IMG/VR virus record: IMGVR_UViG_3300032245_001322
Coordinates: 1-64,000 of that record
Direction: 5' to 3' (one strand)
Source: a virus
DNA: 64,000 nucleotides
The notes under the pieces are model-generated. The model worked only from the letters and a program-made list of their open reading frames with translations, ran no database searches and was not told the origin of the DNA. Of this stretch, positions 47,432 through 55,317 are shown in pieces. Within the stretch, counting starts at the first letter, position 1; the number at the start of each line of letters is the position of its first letter. The position numbers and the translations under genes were made by a program.

Positions 47432-47677
47432 ATGATAGGGAAAAAAGCATTCAGTATTGATGACTTATGGACTTGGTTTTTAAGAATCATTATGGGAATT
47501 GTGTCATTTATTTTGATGGAAACTTATAATGATATAAAAAAGATGAGCCAAGACTTGGGTGAGATAAAGGTAATTGTTGCTCAAAGTCAAAAAGACATTG
47601 AGTACTTAAAAGACGACCATAAACAATTTAAAGAGGAAACTAAAGGGCGTTTAACTTACTTAGAACAAAAAAAATAA
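47432..47677 (+). CDS. small N-TM protein
   Basis: Track start 47423 is TTG; ATG at 47432; TAAATTTG upstream. Confidence 0.45.
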   Translation: MIGKKAFSIDDLWTWFLRIIMGIVSFILMETYNDIKKMSQDLGEIKVIVAQSQKDIEYLKDDHKQFKEETKGRLTYLEQKK

Positions 47678-47679
47678 TT

Positions 47680-47982
47680 ATGTCAGCAGAATTAATTGCA
47701 GGATTGGTAGAAGGTATAGGTAATATGGGTGTTAACATCTATAACAATGAGGATAATCAAAACCTTAAATCTTACTTAGCAGGTAAAACACTTGCAGACC
47801 AAAGAGAGATTCAACAACAAATGTTGTCTTTACAAACCCAAGCCCAAAAACAAGCATACGCTCAATCTATGATTGATAAAGCAAGAAAAACAAAATACAT
47901 ACCTTATTACATAGCAGGTGGCGTATTATTGGTGACTATTGGTATTGCATTGTTCGTTGTTTTTAGAAAAAAAGACGTTTAA
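47680..47982 (+). CDS. C-terminally TM-anchored protein
   Basis: Hydrophobic C-terminus. Confidence 0.5.
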   Translation: MSAELIAGLVEGIGNMGVNIYNNEDNQNLKSYLAGKTLADQREIQQQMLSLQTQAQKQAYAQSMIDKARKTKYIPYYIAGGVLLVTIGIALFVVFRKKDV

Positions 47983-47983
47983 A

Positions 47984-48295
47984 ATGGATTCAAGGATAAG
48001 AGATTATTTACTCATTGGTGGTATAGTCGTAGTTGGCTATTTAATTCTTGTTCCAAGGAGCAAAGGTATTAAAAAACCACAAGTTGCAACTGAGAGTGAC
48101 GTAAGTCAAGTTCAAAATGCAAGAACTGTGTTAGATGCTTTCTTAAATGCGTATGAAGCCAAAGAACCACCATCCGAACTAAACAAATTAAATCAAATAT
48201 TTGTTAAAGAATATGGATTGAAGGTTCATAAACGTAAAGACGGGAAATTTGTTGCTCGTACTTTAGATGGTAAAGATGTTTTAATGGTTAAATAA
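47984..48295 (+). CDS. N-terminally TM-anchored protein
   Basis: Track start inside the previous gene; ATG at 47984. Confidence 0.45.
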   Translation: MDSRIRDYLLIGGIVVVGYLILVPRSKGIKKPQVATESDVSQVQNARTVLDAFLNAYEAKEPPSELNKLNQIFVKEYGLKVHKRKDGKFVARTLDGKDVLMVK

Positions 48296-48738
48296 TGCCG
48301 AGTGTACCACCAAATATCACAGTTGGGTCAACACCTACTATTGTTGTAGATAGTATTAGTGGAGTTTCCTATAATCAAATCAATCAAAGTATTGGTTCGT
48401 TTAGTTATTTGGTTAAAAATATTTACATTTATTCAAGTAATCTTGACCAACTTTTACAACCAATAGGTTTAAAAAAGTATAATAAATTTGGTGATAAGCA
48501 CATTCGTGTTTTACAACCAATGATTGACCCTTATCAAACATCAAGTGCTTTAAATCAAACTACAATAGGATTAGATTATGCTTTCGATTCCAATAATGGA
48601 TTTTATCCAATTATATCAGCAAACACAACTGCAACTTTTCAAATTGATACTAGACAAATAAGTGCAGACGAATTACTAAATATAAGAAGTAATTTTGAAG
48701 ATATTGAATTTTTAACAGATTACTTAAACGATTTTTAA
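48295..48738 (+). CDS. hypothetical protein
   Basis: ORF. Confidence 0.5.
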   Translation: MPSVPPNITVGSTPTIVVDSISGVSYNQINQSIGSFSYLVKNIYIYSSNLDQLLQPIGLKKYNKFGDKHIRVLQPMIDPYQTSSALNQTTIGLDYAFDSNNGFYPIISANTTATFQIDTRQISADELLNIRSNFEDIEFLTDYLNDF

Positions 48739-49112
48739 TGATTGACGGAAAGATAGTTGTAAACGTAACAAATAACTTGGCATTCGATGCTCAAGTTTCA
48801 TTATTTGGTTCTACTTCAGACCCTTTGGCTTCTTCCGTTGGTGCTTATACTCAATATCATTGGGATATTGCTTACCCGTTTTTAAATGTGGCAAATACTC
48901 CAATTATGTATTTGGAATATAAGAATGTTGGAGCACCAAGTTTTTCGACCATTCCTTTTTATACAAATTTAACTTATCAAGGAATTTGGATTGGTTTAAA
49001 TAGTTTAAATATGGGTATTTTTTGGAATGGTTATCCTACTTTCATACCAACAATTGGGTATCAAGTTTATACTTCAAACGATAAGTTTGAATTTGGGAAT
49101 ATTACTTGGTAA
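48738..49112 (+). CDS. hypothetical protein
   Basis: Last ORF of the plus block, before a convergent terminator. Confidence 0.5.
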   Translation: MIDGKIVVNVTNNLAFDAQVSLFGSTSDPLASSVGAYTQYHWDIAYPFLNVANTPIMYLEYKNVGAPSFSTIPFYTNLTYQGIWIGLNSLNMGIFWNGYPTFIPTIGYQVYTSNDKFEFGNITW

Positions 49113-49138
49113 AAAAAAAGAGGGATTTTAACCCCTCT
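49110..49138 (-). terminator. terminator at the convergent junction
   Basis: AGAGGG-ATTTTAAC-CCCTCT hairpin flanked by an A9/T9 tract. Confidence 0.55.
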
Positions 49139-49225
49139 TAATTGTGAAACGAACAGTCGTTAGCGTTGGAAAAAATCAAATCACTTTATTTTGGTAAAAA
49201 TATCGTGTGGTACAAAAATAGTAAA

Positions 49226-50023
49226 TTAATCGAAATCTACATCACCAAACATTGACTTTTCTTTTATATCAGTTGTTAATTTGGTTACAATTACATTATT
49301 TTCAGCATCTAAATCTAATAAGTTTCCACCCTCTAAAGCATTGTCAGTATTAACTGCTAACGTTCCCGAATAGTCTTTAGGTAAAAATTTAGCAAGTTGT
49401 TTTAATACAATCTTTTTGAGCATCCAATGATTTGAATCTTTAACATCGTTAAAATAAAAATCACTTTTTGTTTTTTGCATATTGATTGTAGCCAACAATT
49501 CACTTCGTGTCATCACTTTAAACGATTTTGTGCCATTTTTAAAGGTTGCTACACAATACACATGAGTTAGAGTAAATGCATTCCTAATAGGGTCTTCGGG
49601 AATATGTTTTAAAATTGGATTCAATCCTAATTCATACTCGAAAATATCACCTTCATGTACACTTTCACCACTAATAGAGATTATTTCACCACTTCTTAAT
49701 AAAATTGAGATTAATCCTTGGTATCCAATGATAGGATTTACATAGTAACCTTTTGCATCTGATTTTTCTACACTAAAATAAAACTGCCCAAGTTGACTAC
49801 TCGGCATTAACCCTAACTGAGCACATAATACGATAGAAGCAAACAAAGAAGTTGGATTTGTTTGAAATGCTATTTGCATATTGTACGATTTTTTTATTTC
49901 AGAGAGAATTAATTGCTTAAAAGTCGCTCCCGAAATATTATGATTTTTCAAAAGGTCATTGAATACCTTTTTTTCATAAGCATCTAACTGATTACTTAAC
50001 TCTAATATTAATTCATTGTCCAT
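49226..50023 (-). CDS. recT: RecT-family single-strand annealing protein
   Basis: QTNPTSLFASIVLCAQLGLMPSSQLGQFYFSV...IIGYQGLISILLRSG matches the RecT core. Confidence 0.65.
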   Translation of the reverse strand: MDNELILELSNQLDAYEKKVFNDLLKNHNISGATFKQLILSEIKKSYNMQIAFQTNPTSLFASIVLCAQLGLMPSSQLGQFYFSVEKSDAKGYYVNPIIGYQGLISILLRSGEIISISGESVHEGDIFEYELGLNPILKHIPEDPIRNAFTLTHVYCVATFKNGTKSFKVMTRSELLATINMQKTKSDFYFNDVKDSNHWMLKKIVLKQLAKFLPKDYSGTLAVNTDNALEGGNLLDLDAENNVIVTKLTTDIKEKSMFGDVDFD

Positions 50024-50198
50024 TGGTTAATATTTTAAGGGCTTCTTTTTTAGTTTTCATTTTTCTCAAATCTTCGGAAGTATATCCGAAAATTGTAAAT
50101 TCATTGTTTAATGAATCTATTTCTTTTTTTAATTGCTCTATGGCTTCTGATTGAACTTTTGTCTTTAAAAGTTCGTCAACTATTTGTTGTGCTTCCAT
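50013..50198 (-). CDS. hypothetical small coiled-coil protein
   Basis: Start trimmed to ATG at 50198. Confidence 0.4.
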   Translation of the reverse strand: MEAQQIVDELLKTKVQSEAIEQLKKEIDSLNNEFTIFGYTSEDLRKMKTKKEALKILTNGQ

Positions 50199-50971
50199 TA
50201 ATAGTAAATTGTTGTTATTGTTGGTAATAGTGCTCTTGATTCGCAATTTTCATTTATAGGGCAAGTTGAACATTTAAGTAAACTTGGTCTTGGTTTAAAG
50301 TTATTTGTTTCAACCATTTTTTGCCACATTTGTTTGGCTAATTTAATATCCTCAATGTGTTTTAAGGTTTTCATAGGGTCAACTTCTATTTTTGCCACTC
50401 TTACATCTGAAGGATTGGTGCTTGAAAATAAAAAGAAATAAAAATCTACAGGTTCTTGATACAAAGATTCAGCAATATATTTGTAGTGCACGGCTTGAAT
50501 CATCAATTGGTCTTTCTCGGTTAAAGTGTTAAAATCCCAACCTCTTTCATCCCACTTATTATCTAATAAACCCGAATATTTTAAATCTATAATGCATAGT
50601 CTACCATTCCATCTTGCTTTAATATCTAAAGTTCCTTTAGCATCGTTATACTCAATTGTTTCACCCGTGGACAAAACATCTATATCCATTTTTTGAATTA
50701 AAACTTTGCAATATAGGGCACTTTGATATGCACGTTGGTAAGGTTCTGATAATTTTTCTTTTGGTGTTCCCTCGGATACTTTTTTGGCTTTAGGTACATT
50801 TCCAAATTTAGGTAGTTGACCCGTTGCTATATATTCGAAATATTGACCTAATAACATTGCTTCGCTTTTAAATAAGTCTTTATTTTCTACATACATAGCC
50901 TTTAAAATCAGACCACATTCTTCCTTCAAAAAATACTTTTGAAGGGACTTCATTAAAGATTGACTAATCAT
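50198..50971 (-). CDS. Cas4-like PD-(D/E)xK exonuclease with four-Cys cluster
   Basis: D...IIDLKYS nuclease motif. One N-terminal Cys plus C-terminal C-x2-C-x5-C. Partner of RecT. Confidence 0.6.
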   Translation of the reverse strand: MISQSLMKSLQKYFLKEECGLILKAMYVENKDLFKSEAMLLGQYFEYIATGQLPKFGNVPKAKKVSEGTPKEKLSEPYQRAYQSALYCKVLIQKMDIDVLSTGETIEYNDAKGTLDIKARWNGRLCIIDLKYSGLLDNKWDERGWDFNTLTEKDQLMIQAVHYKYIAESLYQEPVDFYFFLFSSTNPSDVRVAKIEVDPMKTLKHIEDIKLAKQMWQKMVETNNFKPRPSLLKCSTCPINENCESRALLPTITTIYY

Positions 50972-50974
50972 AAT

Positions 50975-51340
50975 TTAAAAAGGTACATCGTCAATAGGTG
51001 CAAAAGGGTCATCAACTTTTGGTTGCTCTACAGGTTTTTCTTTAGCCCCTAAAAGTTGTATTTCATCAATTCTCATTTTTAGATAAGGTTTACCTTCGAA
51101 TAGAGTGGCATTCATTTCGCCACGAACATAAACTAAAGTTCCTTTAAGTAAATAATCTGCAATCTTGTGACTTGCATTGGGTTGTACCCAACGAGTTGCA
51201 CTTACCCAAGTTGTTATTTTATTTCCATCTTTGTCTTTTTTGTTTGACCCGATTGAAAATGTAATTGCACGGCTACCATCTTGCATGGTAGTTACTTTGG
51301 CATCTGCTCCTAAGTTGCCAATCATTGTTGTCATTATCAT
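50975..51340 (-). CDS. ssb: single-stranded DNA-binding protein
   Basis: OB-fold-like sequence with acidic C-terminal tail DDPFAPIDDVPF. Confidence 0.7.
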   Translation of the reverse strand: MIMTTMIGNLGADAKVTTMQDGSRAITFSIGSNKKDKDGNKITTWVSATRWVQPNASHKIADYLLKGTLVYVRGEMNATLFEGKPYLKMRIDEIQLLGAKEKPVEQPKVDDPFAPIDDVPF

Positions 51341-51573
51341 AATTTATTCCAAGTGTTGTTTTGCCAAATGTATTTTTGATTGTTAATTATCTTTTCACTT
51401 ACCCCTTCTAATAAGGCTTCAACTGTTTCTCGACAAAGATTTTCTAAAAAATAACCTTTAGACTCTAAATCGGGAATAATGTTTTGAAGTTTAATTCGAG
51501 CGTTGTATTTATTTGTCGCTTCAATCTTTATCGGCTTGTCTATATCCGTAAAATAAAATCTGTAAATATTCAT
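51337..51573 (-). CDS. hypothetical protein
   Basis: ORF. Confidence 0.5.
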   Translation of the reverse strand: MNIYRFYFTDIDKPIKIEATNKYNARIKLQNIIPDLESKGYFLENLCRETVEALLEGVSEKIINNQKYIWQNNTWNKL

Positions 51574-51714
51574 AAAATCCGTGTCAATAATAGATTAAGG
51601 GGTAATTAATTCTAAATTTTTAATAATTATTTTTGAAGCACATACATTTCGTTAGAAGTGTCGTGTTGTCCAATAAGGGTGGGTAAAGTCGCCAACTACT
51701 CCCACCCTTTTAAA

Positions 51715-52056
51715 TTATCTTACTTTAATCCAATTAATTTGCTTTTTTAAATCTTCGATATTCATATCGTGGTCAACATCGTCTCCCTCAGAATCAGTTC
51801 CAACAATCATTGCGTTGTTCATGATTGGGGAATCCCAAGAATCTAATTGAAAACCACCTTTAATATCGTGAACTCTAAATAAAATTTCGCCATCACAATA
51901 AAGAGCATTTCCAAAATTCTTTTCAGAAGGGAAATTTATCGGACACTCAAAACAATCACATCCATTACCGATAGTTCTATAGATAGCATCCAAGCCACCC
52001 TCAAATTCTATCTCATAAACATCTTGTTTTTCAACATCAATTTTTACTACTTTCAT
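51715..52056 (-). CDS. hypothetical protein
   Basis: ORF. Confidence 0.5.
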   Translation of the reverse strand: MKVVKIDVEKQDVYEIEFEGGLDAIYRTIGNGCDCFECPINFPSEKNFGNALYCDGEILFRVHDIKGGFQLDSWDSPIMNNAMIVGTDSEGDDVDHDMNIEDLKKQINWIKVR

Positions 52057-52271
52057 CGTTTTGCGTTATAAAAGCGTTTAACTTCATTTGCGTTGTGTTG
52101 ATAGACTTCTGCAAGTTGTTCTGCAACATCATCCAAGGTTTTCATCTCAGAATACCATTGAGCAAATGGCTTTGCTTCTTCGGTAGGTGCAGGAAATAAT
52201 TTGTCGGAGATTTTGTCAGAAACTTTCTGAGCAAAATCATTCATTCTTTGAGCAATTGTTCTTTTTTGCAT
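52053..52271 (-). CDS. hypothetical protein
   Basis: ORF. Confidence 0.5.
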   Translation of the reverse strand: MQKRTIAQRMNDFAQKVSDKISDKLFPAPTEEAKPFAQWYSEMKTLDDVAEQLAEVYQHNANEVKRFYNAKR

Positions 52272-52273
52272 GA

Positions 52274-52672
52274 TTATTTTTTAATTATAAATGGTTTTAA
52301 GTTTTTGTCTTTGCAATATCTTTCAAGTTCAATGAAAATTTGAATTGCCATCTCTCTATTTTTTGCTTTGGCTTTGTTCTTGAAAAACCAAAAAATGTTA
52401 CCTTCTTCATCTTGACAACCGAATTTGTATTTCCATAAATGTTTGCTAACATTCGCACGATAAGGTTGTAAAAATGTTAATTTTCGACCATCTTCAGCAA
52501 CGGAAATAAAACAAAAGAAGTAATCTTGGTAAACAAATTCTTCGCCACCTTTAAATAGTTCACGATTTACCTCGACAATATCTTTTGCTTTTCCCATAGC
52601 ATAGTAATCAAGGGTATCTTGGTCGATAAGTTCCTCGATTTTTGCTTCGTTTAATTCTAATGTAATACTCAT
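52274..52672 (-). CDS. hypothetical protein
   Basis: Track start 52690 is TTG; ATG at 52672. Confidence 0.45.
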   Translation of the reverse strand: MSITLELNEAKIEELIDQDTLDYYAMGKAKDIVEVNRELFKGGEEFVYQDYFFCFISVAEDGRKLTFLQPYRANVSKHLWKYKFGCQDEEGNIFWFFKNKAKAKNREMAIQIFIELERYCKDKNLKPFIIKK

Positions 52673-52735
52673 TTCGATACAAATATACAAAGTAATTTTA
52701 TTTTACAAAATAATATTGCAAATATTTTTAAAAAA

Positions 52736-53491
52736 TTATTGATTTTCTTCTTCCCAAATGATTTGACGATATGTAAAACCTTGTTCCGTAAGGTAATCGT
52801 ACACTTTTTTGCGATTTTCAACAGAATCTCTGTAGTATATGCAGTCGGTTCTATAGGCTTCAAAATCCTTACCTAAGATAACTGCAAGTTGACCCATGTG
52901 ATAGTAGCAACCATAACGGATTGCACGATACAAGTTTTTTAATTTTTCGTGGTGCTCTGTGGCTACAATGATTGGTTTTTCAATTCTTTGACCTTTCTCG
53001 TAAACATAGTATGCTTTGATTCGTCCTAAAACTGCAAGTGACGCTAACTTAGTTACTTTGTAATCTTTGTCGTTTCCTTTATGGTAGGTTTGCTCTGAGA
53101 TTATTCCCAATTTATACGCCATCGTCCAATATGCTGATTCAATATCAGTCCCCGTAATTTGACCATAAGAATTATCATAATCAATGTTTGTCACGTTCAC
53201 GGGTAATTTATTGCTAATCTCAAAATTGGGATTTTCTTGGGTAAATCTAATTGCATCCCTTTTCACTGCTGAAAATATCCAAAGTTGTTTCGGTGGGAAC
53301 GTATATTCCTTATCTTTACTCGGATAAATAGTTTCTAAACCATCGTGAATAATCGAAGTATAATACTTCGTTTTTCGAATTACAAAATTTTGTTTTCGAT
53401 TTACAAGTGTATCAAGTAACGCTTGGTCTTTGCCAATTGGCTTGAATACACGCTCGACGACTTCGGGGCTATCTGCGAATTCGGGTTTCAT
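52736..53491 (-). CDS. hypothetical protein
   Basis: First gene after the conserved promoter at 53496..53526. Confidence 0.55.
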   Translation of the reverse strand: MKPEFADSPEVVERVFKPIGKDQALLDTLVNRKQNFVIRKTKYYTSIIHDGLETIYPSKDKEYTFPPKQLWIFSAVKRDAIRFTQENPNFEISNKLPVNVTNIDYDNSYGQITGTDIESAYWTMAYKLGIISEQTYHKGNDKDYKVTKLASLAVLGRIKAYYVYEKGQRIEKPIIVATEHHEKLKNLYRAIRYGCYYHMGQLAVILGKDFEAYRTDCIYYRDSVENRKKVYDYLTEQGFTYRQIIWEEENQ

Positions 53492-53495
53492 ACAA

Positions 53496-53526
53496 CAAAT
53501 ATAATATTATTTTTGAAAATAACTAC
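53496..53526 (-). promoter_or_regulatory. conserved promoter cassette
   Basis: AGTTATTTTCAAAAATAATATTATATTTG on the minus strand. Confidence 0.55.
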
Positions 53527-54536
53527 ACTACACCACCATCTTTAAATTTAGAAATAGCAAGTTTAGTTGTAGCCATGATTTCTTTACGCTCGGCAGTAAA
53601 TTCTTGTTTAGTCAAAATACCCTCACGAAATAAACGCTCTGATTCTGCTAACATCTCTTTTTCACGCTCAAGGGCTTCTTGAACATTTTTGGTTCGAGTT
53701 TCTTGAGAAGTTTTTTGCTCTAAAGTTGGTTTTTCTTTTTTTGTAGGACGTGGACGCTTTCGGGCTTCCTTTTCTTTCATTGCTTGTCTACGAACTTTTG
53801 CACGTTCTTTTTTCGCTAATGTTATTTCTTTTCGTCTTGCTCTACGTTGTTCTAAAGTTTCTTGTGGTAAAGGAATTTCGGTTGTAGATACTTCAGCAGT
53901 AAAAGTTGGTGGAACTTCCTTGCCACCTATATATAGTGTAAAACGTAAAAAATAAGAATCCGTTTGACCATCGTCAGTAAATCCTTCTCTAACTACGGGT
54001 TGTCCCACCCATTCGGGTTCTGAGTCGTCCTCTAAAGATTCTCTAATACTTTCAATAATTTCGTTTAATCCCGTAAATTCATATTGATAATTCAATAAGT
54101 CAAAAATACCTGTAGAACCATATTCTCCTGCATTAACTTCAACTCTTAAATCCAAGGGGCTAACTTCAGAAAACAAATCAACACTTAAATAATCATCAAG
54201 GTCAAACCATAGGATACCCGTGGTTCTTGAAGGACTAATAAGTAAAGGGTTATAATAGATTTGTGAAGATTGTACACCTTCAATAATTGGAGTAGGAGAA
54301 GGATTTTGGGCTTGAAGTTGTGTTTGAATTACCGATTTAATATCTCTTACTCTAACTTGGTAAGATTTTTCGCCTTTAAAGTCGGGATAAACATTTTTTT
54401 GTGTAAATTCTCTAACTTCTTTTACCGACCATTGTAAATCATTTTTTTCGGCAAATTTTTTGACGGATTTATAAACCTTATAATAGGTCTTTAAGGCTTG
54501 TTTTCGTTTCGTTTGGACTTTTGGATTACGGGGCAT
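53523..54536 (-). CDS. hypothetical protein with basic C-terminal region
   Basis: Preceded by GTCACCCCTTAAACACAAT element. Confidence 0.55.
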   Translation of the reverse strand: MPRNPKVQTKRKQALKTYYKVYKSVKKFAEKNDLQWSVKEVREFTQKNVYPDFKGEKSYQVRVRDIKSVIQTQLQAQNPSPTPIIEGVQSSQIYYNPLLISPSRTTGILWFDLDDYLSVDLFSEVSPLDLRVEVNAGEYGSTGIFDLLNYQYEFTGLNEIIESIRESLEDDSEPEWVGQPVVREGFTDDGQTDSYFLRFTLYIGGKEVPPTFTAEVSTTEIPLPQETLEQRRARRKEITLAKKERAKVRRQAMKEKEARKRPRPTKKEKPTLEQKTSQETRTKNVQEALEREKEMLAESERLFREGILTKQEFTAERKEIMATTKLAISKFKDGGVV

Positions 54537-54630
54537 AATTGTGTTTAAGGGGTGACGAAATTACAATAATCAATTTTTAAAAAAAAATTTTTGTTAAAAA
54601 AATGTGTCAAGCCCTTTGTTTATATGGTGT

Positions 54631-54834
54631 TTACCCTTGCAAGTAAATTGATATTTCATTTTTATTTTCCTTGTCAATAAACTTGGTTTTTCTATCTTTT
54701 GAAATGATAAGCATTACTTCGCCTTTTTTATCAAAAAGACTTTGTGGAATTTCGATAGATTCCTTTACGATAATTTTGCCGTTAAATTCTATAACGAACA
54801 TTTGATTGTTTGTATTTTCCATATTTTTTATCAT
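54631..54834 (-). CDS. hypothetical small protein
   Basis: Preceded by GTCACCCCTTATTAAACACAAT element. Confidence 0.45.
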   Translation of the reverse strand: MIKNMENTNNQMFVIEFNGKIIVKESIEIPQSLFDKKGEVMLIISKDRKTKFIDKENKNEISIYLQG

Positions 54835-55043
54835 ATTTGCATTCGATTTGTGAACTCATCTAATTAGGATTGTGTTTAATAAGGGGTGACTTGGGGAGGT
54901 TGCCCCTTTTTTTCTTCCAACAAATGTGTGAATTTTCCGATTTTTTTCTTATAATATTTGGTGAATGGATAGTTTTTTTAGTAAAAATTCATATAATGTA
55001 TATTTTTGATTAAATTTGCTTAGAATAAATAACATAAAATATT

Positions 55044-55307
55044 ATGGCTACTACTTTTCAAGCATTAAATGCATCTGTAATTACACCTTCAAATACTACA
55101 GATTTAACTTTATCGGGTGGAGCAATAGAATCTACAGAAACAGGTGCTTGTATATTTGTTGGAACTACAGGAAATTTACAAGTAACAATGTTAGGTGGTC
55201 AAGTTGTTGTTTTTAATAATATTCCTTCGGGGACATTTTTACCAATTCAAGTTAAAAGGGTTTGGAGTACAAATACAACGGCTACCAATTTATTGGCATT
55301 ATATTAA
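55044..55307 (+). CDS. hypothetical small protein
   Basis: ATG downstream of TAAATTTG. Confidence 0.5.
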   Translation: MATTFQALNASVITPSNTTDLTLSGGAIESTETGACIFVGTTGNLQVTMLGGQVVVFNNIPSGTFLPIQVKRVWSTNTTATNLLALY

Positions 55308-55317
55308 AATATAAAAT

